Shown here piece by piece: positions 26,780-40,672 of a stretch of 64,000 bases of DNA. The stretch's first letter is position 1. Every line of letters starts with the position of its first letter. Source of the DNA: Octopus sinensis (Eukaryota). Position numbers and translations under genes: made by a program. Below the pieces are notes generated by a model that had not been told where the DNA came from, did not search any database, and saw nothing but the letters and a program-made list of their open reading frames with translations. The stretch lies in the NCBI RefSeq assembly GCF_006345805.1, contig NC_042998.1, positions 104,656,001-104,720,000 of the forward strand. Direction: 5' to 3'.

Positions 26780-27330
26780 ATTTATTCCATTTTATATGAA
26801 GAGTGCTTTCTGTAGTATATGGGCTGTACCCATCAAGGTTATCTTTTGTATCTCACGGAGTTTGGAGTTACCAGGGAGTAGCTTAATATATTTCTCAACT
26901 TCCTTCTTTATCATTCCCAACGGACCAATTACTAATGGTATTATCATATTCCAATTCCAGATCTTTATAGTGAGAAAGATTTTCGTATACCTTTCTTGAG
27001 ACATTTTGATCTTGTGGGACAGACGTATCAATTAACAGATAAGTTCCTCTGATGTAGTCCTTGATCACAATGTCTGATCGACTGAAGTAAATTCTTTTGT
27101 CTGTCTATATTGGGAAGTTCCAAAGGACGGTGACGCCCTTGCTATTTACAACTTTCTCTGGATGGTGCCTGTACCATTTATTATGGTATCTAAATTTGTA
27201 GTATTTACAAGCATTCTTGTGGATGCACTGCCCTAGTCTGTCATGTTTTATGAGGTACTCCTTAACAACGAATCGTGTTAACTGGAACGACTCATGTACT
27301 GAGAAGAGCATTATCGCTGTGAAAACAACA
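26780..27330 (-). mobile_element. RLE LINE 3' fragment
   Basis: KHDRLGQCIH..WYRHHPEKVV..VLWNFPI and IQKITLMGTAHIL. Confidence 0.75.
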
Positions 27331-27511
27331 TCCATTCATGAATTTATTTATTTATTAATTTTTTTAAATACATATTTTACCTGTGAATTTGCGTGTGTAA
27401 TCTGGAAATGCATACAGTGAACTTCTCTGCCCTAGGTTTACGGAAAACACTCGGCGAGAAATTGAAGAATATTTGAAGAAAGAAGGAAAAAAACAATAAC
27501 AATAATAATAA

Positions 27512-27943
27512 AGTACTAGGCAGTGGCTCTCATGGCGTCTCATCTTAACTGATTGGAAGTGTTATCATATGGATTGTATTGGTATAAAAGATGAGCTACT
27601 GCAAATATTCTGCTCAATATCACAGATTTGCTCGTCAATTGTTTGACCTCAACCAGTTGAGTATGTCCCTTAGTGACTAACAATATGTGCGTCTCTAATC
27701 ACAAGCAGAAGTAGTGGGGGAGCATCATAGTCATGTGTTGAGAAGAATTCTTTGGGGTTTGGACAATTTACCTTTGGAAACATGGGTGCTTTGTTCAACA
27801 TTAGGAAGCTTTTGAGCGGGATGGGCTACTCGACCTAAAGAAAATTCTAACTGGACCCCATCTACAAGGTAACGTACTGATTATCTTGATATCAGATCAA
27901 CTTATCGAACACATACAGTTGTGATGCATGTACCTGGTGTACT
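27512..27943 (+). mobile_element. ~530-bp repeat, copy 3 (3'-truncated)
   Basis: Aligns with 25539-26000. Confidence 0.8.
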
Positions 27944-27979
27944 CGTAACAACAACAACAACAACAACAGCAACTACAAC

Positions 27980-28014
<35 letters not shown>

Positions 28015-28247
28015 GAAGAAGAAGAAGGTCTTCCACTTTCTCTCTATCACATGACTCTGTAAATGAACAATCTGGTATGCTTGTTTTAATGGCCTGCCAA
28101 TGTTTACAGTGCGTTTCTCTGACCTAGGAAGACACTCGATAAGAAATGGAAAAAGGACTGAAAGAAGATGCTAATGAAAATGATAATAAAAATAATAATG
28201 ATAATGATGATGATGATAATAATAATAATATAATAATAATAATAATA

Positions 28248-28290
<43 letters not shown>

Positions 28291-28319
28291 CCCCTTGAGT
28301 GAAACACTACAGAAAAAAT

Positions 28320-29705
28320 TAGTTATGGGCTGGGAAGAGGTAAGGGAAAACTAAGGCACTTGCTATTCATGGACGACCTGAAGCTGTTCAAAAAAATAAT
28401 CGTGGCAGAACTAGACAGTTTAGTCCAGTCTGCAGATTTTATCCAATAATATTCAAAGGAAGTTTGGACTCTCATAACGTGTTGCGATGGTGATGAGAAA
28501 TGGAAAGCTTACGAAGACAGATTGGTGAAATGAAGGTAATTGAACCTCAATCTAGCTATAAATACCTGCCTCAAGGTAAATGGAATCCAACGCCACGGCA
28601 TGAAGGAAAAAACAAAAAGAGAGTACCTGCGGCGAGTGAGAAAAATATTAGCTTCAAAGGTGAATGCCAGAAACACAATATTGGCAATAAACCCATGCGC
28701 AGTCGCGGTGAGTGACAAAAATATTGACTTCAAAGCTGAATGCCAGAATGTTAGCAATAAACTCACGCGCAGTCGTAGTATTTTGGTATGGCGCTCAGAG
28801 CCTGAAGTGGAAAGAAGAGGAGCTAAAGGAGATAGGCAGGAAGTCAAGAAGGCTCCTAACGATGCAAGGAGCCCACAATCTATGTGTAGACACTAATCGC
28901 ACATACACGAAGAGAGCAAATGGAGGAAGGGAAATGATAAGTGTGGAAGACTGCGTGCGTATCGAACTGGAGAGCTAAATGAGGTACCTATCCCAAAGTA
29001 ACGAAACCTTGGTAATGAGAGTTAGGAACAAGGGAGCTTTGAGAGCAGAGAAAAGGGAAAACAAAAGATGTGCAAAAGGCACGAAGAAGAATTACGCAAG
29101 GAGTCAGAATCAACTCCATGTCGCCACAAAAGAAGTTGCTGGAAAAAATAGTGGGACTGGCTGATCGAAGGAACCCAAAAGAAAGAGACCGAGAATACAT
29201 CTGTGGCAGCCCCAAACCAACTTCTGTCCACGAACTGGAGGGTCAATCCGAATAATGAGAAAGTATATACCCGCCGTGCTGCATCTGCAATAGAGTGGAT
29301 GAAATCATTGCCCATATGAGATGCGAATGCTCAAGACCTGCCCGAAAACCACTATAAGTTATTGCAACAGAACCAGGTAGCAAAATGATAGATAGATACA
29401 ACTCTCTTAAGCACGAAATAGTTCGGCTATGGAAAATGAAGAAGGTGTAGATAGTGCCAATTATTGTTGGGTCCTTGGGAACAATATGAGAGGGAATGTA
29501 GAGGAAAATAAAGTAAATTGGAGTAAGGTACCCAGTAGAACTCTAACAAAAGATTTGCCTCCTTGGCACGGCCAGAATAATCAGGAAAGTATTAGATAGC
29601 TGAAAAGATCGAATAGCATGGTACCGAAAACTGCAGGTAGTAAGCCCGCTACGCATGCAAGACATCAGGAGCTTCAACAAAACCTGTAATAAAGAGAAAA
29701 TAATA
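28320..29705 (+). mobile_element. decayed R4-like RLE LINE 3' half; its 5' piece recurs at ~38010-38425, 39826-40085 and 44315-44660
   Basis: LLFMDDLKLF, SYKYL, EYLRRVRKIL, LLQKICLLGTARIIRKVL. Confidence 0.8.
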
Positions 29706-30000
29706 TTTATAAAATTTACTTCTACACCTGAATGTTACCCGATATAGCGAAAGATGATATCAGCTCTGAGAGGAATCGAAAGAGCAACCAAATTAACCAG
29801 CTAAAGAGAGACCTTGAATCAAAAGAGCGAAATGCTAATTATAGCCGATCAAACCCTTAGTAAGAAAATTGGTCTGAAACGTCGACAAACTCTGTCACAC
29901 TGCATAATGTATGATGTACAAGAAAGAGACAAAAATGTCAATCAATTACTGTGGGAGTGCAAGATATTAGCTTAATAGAAGAATAAGCTATGAGCTTAAG

Positions 30001-30260
30001 TAAAAAATAAATGCGCCCTTTTTAAAGCCTAGATATGCTCATGGGCCCAGTTTCCTGGTTTTTAAGGCGTATGTGTTCCCCAGCTGGACAAGACGCCAGT
30101 CCGTCGCAGCGTTACTAATTTTTACCTGCTGAGTGGACTGGCGCAACATGAAATGAAGTGTTTTGCTCAAGAACACAACGCATCGCCCGGTCCAGGAATC
30201 GAAACCACAATCTTACGATCATGATGCTGACACCCTAACCACTAAGCCACGCACCTCCAC
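30001..30260 (-). mobile_element. tRNA-derived SINE; partial copies at 38425-38590, 40085-40248, 44660-44825
   Basis: The rc begins GTGGAGGTGCGTGGCTTAGTGGTTAGGG...GGTTTCGATTCC (A and B boxes). Confidence 0.85.
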
Positions 30261-30614
30261 AACCTTAAGTACTAATTGGATTATTTTCTAAACGTCCGAC
30301 AATATTTCCTATGATTGGATACAGAAAACTCTAGAAATATGCAAGATATTTTCTGTAGCTTTTATCTTCGACGTAGTTTGCTAATATAGTCATTTCCACA
30401 ACGACGGAGTAATACAAACAAATATAGTCAACATAAGCTGCCGAATTTCCAAGGGATGTCTCTTGCTTTATAAATACTCTTCCACTTGCTTGTGAACTGA
30501 ATATAACAGGGGTCAGCTACGAATTACAATACAAAATGTATGTATGTATGTATGTATGTATGTATGTATGTATGTATGTATGTATGTATGTATGTATGTA
30601 TGTATGTATGTATG

Positions 30615-30688
<74 letters not shown>

Positions 30689-31017
30689 CCTGTCCCTTTC
30701 TGTCTATCTGTCGGTCTGTCTCTTTCACTTTCTCTTTCTTTGTATATATGTATATATTGGCGTGTGTTTGTGTGTGTACGTATGTCAGCATGCATAGGAC
30801 ACCTATGATGAGCAGTCATATAATAAACAACATTCTTTTACAATGGAATATAGACAAGAATGTTTAATGAATTAAAAAACTGAGCAACTGCCAGTTCCCG
30901 TTCTGATTTTCATTTATTAAATAAAATAGTCCTCCTTCTTTCCAGATGTCACTCCCTAAACCAACAAGAGACGGAGAGAAAGAGTTTGAGAGAAAAAAAT
31001 GTGGAGGATGAAAGAAG

Positions 31018-31123
<106 letters not shown>

Positions 31124-31341
31124 AGAGAAACAGAGAGGGAATGCAGAGAAGTGATACATACAGAAAGACAGAATGAGGCAGACAGAGTAAGGGGTAGTGA
31201 GAGAGGGAGAGAGAAAGAGAGAGAGAGATGGAATACAGAGAAGTGATACATACAGACAGAATGAGGCAGACAGAAAAAGAAGGAGTTGTGAGAGAGGGAA
31301 AGAGAGAAAGAGAGAGATTGTAAAATAATATTCTAACATAC

Positions 31342-31464
31342 CATAAAATTCATCTTTCCAGCCATATCTACCATCTGATTTCTTCGTGCAAATTCGAGTA
31401 TGACAGGGTCTTGATCCGTTAACTCTCGAACCAGGGGCATAACATGTACGAGAGTGAAGACATC
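31342..31464 (-). CDS. host-gene exon, 4-Cys module: GCLHSRTCYAPGSRVNGSRPCHTRICTKKSDGRYGWKDEFY(G)
   Basis: Acceptor ttgtaacttctag|GA, donor ATG|gtatgt, 123 bp, phase 1-1, open frame. Confidence 0.85.
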
Positions 31465-31514
31465 CTAGAAGTTACAAAGACAAATATGTATTTATAGTTG
31501 CACATTCATACGCA

Positions 31515-31547
<33 letters not shown>

Positions 31548-31566
31548 CACACAACACACACACACA

Positions 31567-31606
<40 letters not shown>

Positions 31607-32656
31607 ACACACACACACACACACACATATATATGTATATATGTATACTCCACCAAAGTTGACTGAGCCCTTTATTATTTCGAGGTCAATAAAATAAGTA
31701 CTAGTTAACAACAGAGCTCAATATATTCGACCTAAATCTCGTTCTAAAATTTCAAACCAATATACATTATATATATGTGGTGAGGACTAATGGCCTAGCA
31801 GTCATAACATCATGATTTCAGTTCCTAGATCACATGATGCGTAGTGCTCTTAAGTAAAACACTTCATTTCACGTTGCTCCGCATCCGCCTCGACGCCTGA
31901 TACGCGGTACATCGTGTACCTGTTCAGGCAACATCGAGTTTGAAGAGGTGAGAGATAAAGTGGTAAAGAGAAAAAGAGGTAGAGGAAGAAAAATAAAGGA
32001 AAGAGATAGAGGGAAAGGGAGAGAGACAGAGAGTGTGTGTGTGTGTGTAAGAGTGATCGAACTGGTTATCTGAATTTGTAAGCGTGATCGAACTGGATAT
32101 CTGAATATGTAAAAACATATTTTGATAATTCAAAGTTGCACTGAAAGTTAACTCATCACTTGCTGGTTGTCATATTCAAATATGCAGCAATCGATACACG
32201 TACACATTCATTAGCTGACACAGACACACAGTGTGCATGCATACATCCTGACGCCACCGTATGCACACATACACATATACACTCAGTTGTTCGTGAAGGT
32301 CAACCACAGAGAAAACTTCTCTTTCTGTCTGTCCGTCGGTCTGTCTCTTTCACCTTCTCTTTCTTTGTATATATGTATATATTGACGTGTGTTTGTGTGT
32401 GTACGTATGTGAGCGTGCATAGGACACCTATGATGAGCAGTCATATAATAAACAACATTCTTTTACAATGGAATATAGAAAAGAATGTTTAATGATATAA
32501 AAAGCTGAGCAACTGCCAGTTCCCGTTCTGATTTTCAATTATTAAATAAAATAGTCCTCCTTCTTTCCAGATGTCACTCCCTAAATCAACAAGAGACGGA
32601 GAGAAAGAGTTTGAGAGAAAAAAATGTGGAGGATGAAAGAAGGATAGATAGATAAT

Positions 32657-32688
<32 letters not shown>

Positions 32689-32911
32689 GGGAGAGAAATA
32701 GAGAGGGAATACAGAGAAGTGATACATACAGAGAGACAGAATGAGGCAGACAGAATAAGGGGTAGTGAGAGAGGGAGAGAGAAAGAGAGAGAGAGATGGA
32801 ATACAGAGAAGTGATACATACAGAGACAGAATGAGGCAGACAGAAAAAGAAGGGGTTGTGAGAGAGAGAGAGAGAGAAAGAGAGAGATTGTAAAATAATA
32901 TTCTAACATAC

Positions 32912-33034
32912 CAATAGATTCATCTTTCCATTCATATCTACCATCTGGTTTCTTCATGCAAATTCGAGTATAACAGGGTCTTGATCCTTCAACTCTCGAA
33001 CCAGCGCGATAACATGCATGAGAGAGACGACATC
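32912..33034 (-). CDS. host-gene exon, 4-Cys module: GCRLSHACYRAGSRVEGSRPCYTRICMKKPDGRYEWKDESI(G)
   Basis: ttctag|GA ... TTG|gtatgt, 123 bp, phase 1-1. Confidence 0.85.
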
Positions 33035-33535
33035 CTAGAAGTTACAAAGACAAATATGTATTTATAGATAGATAGATAGATAGATAGACAGAGAGAGAGA
33101 GAGAGAGAGTACATCAATGTTTACAAAATAAGGACATAAAAAAGAGTTCAATATATCATGATTTACTAAAAAATTGCTTCTAATTAATATTAATTAGGTT
33201 AGCTTCTATACCGAAAGTCGGAATTCATTTAAGAACAAGATGGAGGGGAGAGATAATAACATAATTGGGAATTTATATAATTATGTGAGTTAGAACTTCT
33301 CATTGAAGTAATATAGTGAAGTTAAGGTTTATATGATAAAATGCAATATTTGCTATTAAAAAATATTAAAAATATAGTTTGTTATTAATATAATTAAAGA
33401 AAAAGTTTGATAAACAAATTAACAAGAAGTTAAAATACGATTCATATTCCTAATTATATTAGGAATATGAAAGAGAGATGGGGTAGTGAGAGAGGAAGAC
33501 AGAGAGAGACGGTGTAAAGTAATATTTTAACATAC

Positions 33536-33634
33536 CAGTATATTTCTTTTTCCAGATATATCTACCATATTGTGTCCTAATGCAGGTTCCATCAAAACAT
33601 TTCTTACTAATTGTCGAGCCAACACCATAGAATT
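33536..33634 (-). CDS. degenerate or variant module exon: (E)FYGVGSTISKKCFDGTCIRTQYGRYIWKKKYT(G)
   Basis: Donor CTG|gtatgt as in the paralogues. Retains YxxGS, C-x4-C and GRY.W. Weak acceptor tcttttctaaaag, 99 bp, open frame; first two Cys absent. Confidence 0.45.
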
Positions 33635-33829
33635 CTTTTAGAAAAGATTACATTCGTGTTTTTTCATTTACATTTACTTAAGATAAAAATACTTATTATG
33701 CTCCTTCTGATGTCAATGTCCCGGTATAATTACAGGAACTTTGATGGTGCTTTAAAATCGAATAAGGGGAAAATGGGAAATCAATATTCGTATCTAGTTA
33801 GGCCATGTGTACCACACATGTCCACCACA

Positions 33830-35740
33830 CAAATATGATAAAGGCAGCAGTAGTACCAATAATTGTCGGAGCCCTGGGAACAGTGATCAAAAATCTCGAG
33901 AGGTACGTGGAACAAATAGGGGTTGCAATAAGGGTGGAGCACTTGCAGAAAACAGCACTATAATCGCTCGAATATTCCCGAAGGTGCTCGAAAAATAAGA
34001 GGTGTTACCTTAGTTCACTGGTAGTGAACAGCGTAGATGAAACATACAAGTCAATGCTGTGGTCATGGAATGCTACTACCTGAGCAATCCCGTAGACGAA
34101 AATGGTGTTTGTCTTAGGGGATACCGAAAAGATATGTATGATCAATGTAGAGAAAAAGGATTGTTTTAACTAGTGGAACAGAGATTACATGATCAAGCTA
34201 GAGTAATAAGAAAAAAATTGTTAGTTCACAAATGTAGAGGTCGAATCAATCAAAAGACGAGTATTAGAAAACAGCAGCAGAGTTCCTACTCATAGTAGAA
34301 AACAGATGAGGAATCTCTAATAAAGGAACAGTATTAGCTTACTCGATGAGAGGCATATAGATGGTTTGATAGAAGACAATGAAACTGATGGTGCCATGAC
34401 AGATGGGCAAAAGGCAATCTACAACAGAATAAAAGCAAGGCTTCAGGGAAATAATAGCAACATTGTTTGATACCTTTGAAAGGTTGATCGGTGGAAATTG
34501 AACCAAGAAACGAAAAATGTGAATGAAAATGTGAAATATATCAGAACAAAAAACATCATAGAAACAAATAATTTAATCAAGGCAACAAGTATTGTTGCTG
34601 TAAATGTGGGTGTTGATGTCAAGAAAAAGAAATATAATGCGAGTGACAAAAGAAAAGATCCACAGTGGAAGGGAAGAATACTGGCGGGGTTAGGTATGCT
34701 CTCGAAAGACATTTGTGTGTTAGACCGAAAAGAGAAGGTGGGGGCCTAAAAGCGAATAAAAATACAGTGCACTGAACAAGAAGTGCGATATTGAAAGAAA
34801 GGGCCTGAAAGTGGTAATGGAGGAACTGAAACAGCGCCTCGTTGCAAAGAAAGCAAAGGTGGTAAGGTTCAAGCAAAGAATGAAGGGATACCAGCAGAAT
34901 AGGTTATTCAGAGTAGATTAGAAGTGGTTCTACAAAGAAGTAAATGGAAAGTGTACAAATGAAAAGTTGATACCAGGTAACATTGAACGTCAAAGGTTTT
35001 GAAGTTACATCTGGAGTAAAGACAAGGAGCACAACAAAGATGCTGAGTGGTTGCAACAACTAAAACAAAAAAGTAATCTGTCCAAAACAGGCAGAACTAG
35101 TCATTTCAGTTGGGAAAGTGAAGGAAATAAGCAAAAAACGGGCAAATGGAAGGCCTCAGGACCAGATGGAGTTCAAGGCTACTGGACCAAAGGATTTAGT
35201 GAATGTCATGCACGAATAGCTGCACAATTGAACACCTTGTTAAATGCCGACCAAGTAGCACCTGGGTGGTTGACAATAGGTAGCACAGTGCTGTACTTGA
35301 CAAATATCAAAGTCTTGCCACATGTGCGGAAGGGTTGCAAGCGTAAGTGCAGAGGTACCAAGGATCAACTCATGCTGGACAAAACTGTTATTAAAGACTG
35401 TAAGAGGAGGAAAACTAACTTAGCCATGACATAGATCGATTATCGTAAGGCCTACGATATGATCCCACATTTTTGGAATATGGAATGTATGAACCTCTTT
35501 GCATCGAATGATAAGTGATTGCTTGGAAAATGTATGGCGAATTGCAGGAGGGAACTGACGGCATATGGAAGAAGTCAAGGGACAATAGAAATCAAGAGAG
35601 GCACTGCCTCTCCCCACTGATCTTTGTACTGTACCTGATAACACTAACACTGATTCTGAGGAAAGAAAATGCTGGGCATGTATATAAATGCCGCCAACAA
35701 AAAGTCAACCACTTGTTAATCATGGATATTGCCTTCATTC
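33830..35740 (+). mobile_element. fragments of another R4-like RLE LINE
   Basis: A 3' piece at 33830-34000, then CYYLSNP..GYRK, WKASGPDGVQGYW, KGCKRKCRGTKDQL, IDYRKAYDMIPH and KVNHLLIMD. Confidence 0.75.
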
Positions 35741-35769
35741 ACAGGTAGTGAACAGCTGACACCGTAGTA

Positions 35770-37645
35770 CTGGGACTGTAACTCTGCGAGCTGCGCAAAA
35801 GTGCGTTCAACAAACGGCGACCACACTTGCTCAGAATTAAAGCGGAAGAGCAAACGCACCACCTCGTTCAATCACGAAGCGGGGCAAGGGACGACAGTCA
35901 GGTAATAGCATATAATGGATGCGATGTACGCAATTGCCACCTCTGTCTGACCTTTCAGGTACAACTTCCCCTTGGCCTATTTCTGCGTGAGAGTGGACAC
36001 CTTGTCCGTCACTTCACACCAGTTCTTATCCTCTTGGAGATCCGGACCGAACCAGATCTCGAGAAACTTAACAAGTCCTTCTGTTCAGCGCCGCACCACG
36101 CTTTTAGTTGGCATGCCTTTCCAGGTGCCGAGCTGCAGCACTACTGGTTTTTAATGGTTGATCTTTGCTCCTTTCACCGCTTCGCATCCTCTTAGGGTAG
36201 TGCCGATCATTTCGATTTCCAAGGTGTTCAACACTATGACGGTGATGCCATCCGCGTACACTGATACAAACCTTCTGCATCCCAATTCACTTGGGATGCC
36301 CCTGGAAATCTCCAGCTTCCGTAGTAATGACTCAAGTGCCAATACGTAGAGAAGAGTTGAAAGTGACCGGCCGAACGTGCGATACAAAACGACTCCGACA
36401 GGTGGTCATTTACTTTCACCACCGTACAGATGTCGCTGTACATTGCAGATCCAGCCTCTGGAAACGGTACTGAAACGAAACGCCTTGAGGACAGCCTCCA
36501 AGTACATATTGTCGACCATATCAAAAGCCTTCAATTGATCCACATGAATCAGGGCCCCACCTAAGCCAGGTTCTTTACCAACCCTCCACATGATGTATCA
36601 CGTGAGGTGGAGGTTGTGTATAGTTCTGCTGGGGATTGTACAACTCTGCCCACCACCCAGCAGTTTGTCAACGACAAGCGTCAACCTCTTTGCTAAGAAC
36701 TTGGCCAAAATTTTGTAATCTCTATTTAGCAGAGATGCTGGCCTAAAGTTAGCAGCAATGTTCCCCTTGTCTGGATCCCTTCTCAGTAGCATCTCCACAA
36801 CTCGGCTCACAGATCCGAATATGCTTCCATTCTGATGCCAAAAGCTCACCAAAATAATCTGGCATATGTGTATATAGCCTGAAGGGCATATCATCCAATC
36901 CAGGAGACCTGTCCCTCGTGCAACTAGCCAATGCATTACGTATGTCTTCAGCTGTTATCGGCATTACGCATAACTACACGTTCCCAGCTGAAAACTGCGG
37001 CACGTCAAGGTAGGAAGTGAAGTTCACTTCCACCTCCGGACCACTGCGATCCCCGTACAGTTCAGCAAAGTGTCGCTGAAATCCTGCACAAATCTGCTTC
37101 GATTCGTGTAGCATGCACCCGTCTCCAATACTCAATGACAGAATTGTAGCTTTATTACCACGTTGCGCCTCGGCCGTCCGGGTTCAGCGAGCGGCCTTCG
37201 TTCCCGTCTACTTTAGAGCACATGCCCTAGCTCTGACAATGCAACATTCATGCTTGGCGTTGAAGAATCGCATGCCTCGACCGTATGCCTCTTATATCTT
37301 GCTAAGCCAGTATCGGAAAGTGCGATGCGCTGGAAAGGACACGTTCATGTTCCATTATCCGTATCCCTGCCTATGAAGCCTATCTAAATCAACCGTACAG
37401 ATCACAAATTTCTGGTCTGTGTAGTTGACAAATTGAAATTGTGGCGAACCTATGCTATTCCTAGCAGCTGGCTTACAGAACACCCTATCTCGATAAGATC
37501 TGGATGATCCAATACTGTTTGCCCATGTCCACACTGGTGTATTCGGGGAATCCTGTCCGCCAGCTGGAAACGACTGAGCAGGTTTCCGCGGCTTTCCTCT
37601 CCACTAGTCCCACCCAATGCACACATGCAACTGAAATGGTGTTCC
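35770..37645 (-). mobile_element. Tx1-clade LINE ORF2 fragment, truncated at both ends
   Basis: SPGLDDMP, NFRPASLLN.DYKILAK, DQLKAFD and YADG parallel 52510-54183. Its APE-end piece recurs at 43305-43440. Confidence 0.8.
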
Positions 37646-37699
37646 TAATCGCTAATTAACACTAAAGAGAGAGACGTCCCTAGAAAGGCTTCCAGACCT

Positions 37700-37840
37700 T
37701 CTTCTCTTCTTCTTCTTCTTCTTCTTCTTCTTCTTCTTCTTCTTCTTCTTCTTCTTCTTCTTCTTCTTCTTTTTCTTTCTTTCTTTCTTCTCTTCTCTTC
37801 TTCTTCTTCTTCTTCTTCTTCTTCTTCTTCTTCTTCTTCT
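37700..37840. repeat. (TTC)n microsatellite; expanded degenerate paralogue at 43495-44125
   Basis: Direct inspection; flanks are shared between the two loci. Confidence 0.95.
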
Positions 37841-38914
37841 GTATTTGGTGTGGAGGACGGGGAGGTCCTCGTGCAAATTGCCGTACTGCCTTCCTTACTC
37901 TTGCATTTCGTAGCCATCTTCCATGTTTGCTCTCTTCGAAGCAAATTTTCGAAGATTTTTTAAAGCAAAATGCTTTCTGCAAAAAGCTCGAAAAGAGGTA
38001 AGAGAAAACTAGGCCGCTTGCCATTCATGGACGACCTGAAGCTATTCAAAAAAATAATCGTGGAAGAACTAAACAGTTTAATCCAGTCTGCAGATTTTAT
38101 CCAATGATATTCAAAAGGAGTTTGGACTCTCATAACGTGTTGCGATGGTGATGAGAAATGGAAAGCTTACGAAGACAGATTGGTGAAATGAAGGTAATTG
38201 AACCTCAATCTAGCTACAAATACCTGCCTCAAGGTAGAGGGAATCCAACGCCACGGCATGAAGGAAAAACAAAAAGAGAGTACCTGCGGCGAGTGAGAAA
38301 AATATTAGCTTCAAAGGTGAATGCCAGAAGCACAATATTGGCAATAAACTCATGCGCAGTCGCGGTGAGTGAGGAAAATATTGACTTCAAAGCTGAATGC
38401 CAAAAAGAATGTTAGCAATAAACTCACGCCAGTCCATCACAGCGTTACTCATTTTTGCCAGCTGAGTGAACTGGAGCAACGTGAAATGAAGCGTTTTGCT
38501 GAAGAACACAACGCGTCGCCCGTTGCAGGAATCGAAACCACAATCTTACGATCATGATGCTGACACCCTAACCACTAAGCCACGCACCTCGACAAGCTTA
38601 AGTACTAATTGAATTGTTTTCCTAAACGTCCGACAATATTTCCTATGACTGGATACTGAAAACTCTAGAAATAGGCAAGATCTTTTCTGTAGCTTTTATC
38701 TTCGACGTAGTTTGCTAAGATAGTCATTTCCACAACGACGGGGTAATACAAGCAAATAAAGTCTACATAAGCTGCCGACTTTCCAAGGGATATCTCTTGC
38801 TTTATAAATGATCTTCCACTTGCTTGTGAACCGAAGATAACAGGGGTCAGCTACGAATTACAATACAAAATGTACGTATGTATGTATGTGTATGTATGTA
38901 TGTATGTATGTATG

Positions 38915-38973
<59 letters not shown>

Positions 38974-38991
38974 TTATCTATCTATCTATCG

Positions 38992-39032
<41 letters not shown>

Positions 39033-39532
39033 CCTGTCTCTTTCTGTCTGTCTCTTTCTGTCTGTCTCTTTCACTTTCTCTTTCTTTGAATATATGTATA
39101 TATTGGCGTGTGTTTGTGTGTGTACGTATGTGAGCATGCATAGGACACCTATGCGGAGCAGTCATATAATAAACAACATTCTTTTACAATGGAATATAGA
39201 CAAGAATGTTTAATGATATAAAAAGCTGAGCAACTGCCAGTTCCCGTTCTGATTTTCATATATTAAATAAAATAGTCCTCCTTCTTTCCAGATGTCAATC
39301 CCTAAACCAACAAGAGACGGAGAGAAAGAGTTTGAGAGAAAAAGAGGTGAAGGATGAAGGAAGGATAGATAGATAAATAGACAGTGAGAGAGACAGACAG
39401 ACAGATTGAAAAAGAGAGAGGGAATACAGAGAGACATAATGAGGCAGACAGAGAAAGGGGTAGTGAGAGAAGGAGAGAGAAATAGAGAGAGAGAGAGAGA
39501 GAGAGAGATTCTAAAATAATATTCTAACATAC

Positions 39533-39655
39533 CAGCTTTATTCTTTTCCCAGGAATATTTACCACGTGATGTCTCCGTGCAGATTTGATTATAACAGGGG
39601 ACTGGTGATGCAACTACCGAACCAGGGAGATAACATGTACCGGAGTAAAAACATC
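39533..39655 (-). CDS. host-gene exon, 4-Cys module: GCFYSGTCYLPGSVVASPVPCYNQICTETSRGKYSWEKNKA(G)
   Basis: tgtattttccag|GA ... CTG|gtatgt, 123 bp, phase 1-1. Confidence 0.88.
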
Positions 39656-39729
39656 CTGGAAAATACAAAGACAAATATGTAGTTATAGCTGTACATTTAT
39701 ACGCAGACACACAGACAAACGCACATATA

Positions 39730-39772
<43 letters not shown>

Positions 39773-40592
39773 TATATATATACATACACACATGCGCACA
39801 CACAGATACACACACACAGACACAGATTTTATCCAATGATATTCAAAAGGAGTTTGGACTCTCATAACGTGTTGCGATTGTGATGAGAAATGGAAAGCTT
39901 ACGAAGACAGATTGGTGAAATGAAGGTAATTGAACCTCAATCTAGCTACAAATACCTGCCTCAAGCTAAATGGAATCCAACGCCACGGCATGAAGGAAAA
40001 AACAAAAAGAGAGTACCTGCGGCGAGTGAGAAAAATATTGACTTCAAAGCTGAATGCCAAAAAGAATGTTAGCAATAAACTCACGCCAGTCCATCACAGC
40101 GTTACTCATTTTTGCCAGCTGAGTGAACTGGAGCAACGTGAAATGAAGCGTTTTGCTGAAGAACACAACGCGTCGCCCGGTGCAGGAATCGAAACCACAA
40201 TCTTACGATCATGATGCTGACACCCTAAACACTAAGCCACGCACCTCGACAAGCTTAAGTACTAATTGAATTGTTTTCCTAAACGTCCGACAATATTTCC
40301 TATGACTGGATACTGAAAACTCTAGAAATAGGCAAGATCTTTTCTGTAGCTTTTATCTTCGACGTAGTTTGCTAAGATAGTCATTTCCACAACGACGGGG
40401 TAATACAAACAAATAAAGTCTACATAAGCTGCCGACTTTCCAAGGGATATCTCTTGCTTTATAAATACTCTTCCACTTGCTTGTGAACCGAATATAACAG
40501 GGGTCAGCTACGAATTACAATACAAAATGTATGTATGTATGTATGTATGTATGTATGTATGTATGTATGTATGTATGTATGTATTTATGTAT

Positions 40593-40672
<80 letters not shown>

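Noticed and set aside
30190-30260. tRNA-like A and B boxes as tRNA genes (also other SINE heads)
   Set aside because: No cloverleaf; they continue into SINE bodies.
30262-30535. Conserved unique block in the duplicated units with a 60-codon minus-strand frame
   Set aside because: The paralogues carry a 1-nt insertion, so similarity reflects recent duplication rather than coding constraint.
37645-37840. Tx1 fragment next to (TTC)n as a Koshi/Kibi-like target
   Set aside because: About 50 bp of unrelated sequence separate them, and the element's 3' junction is missing.
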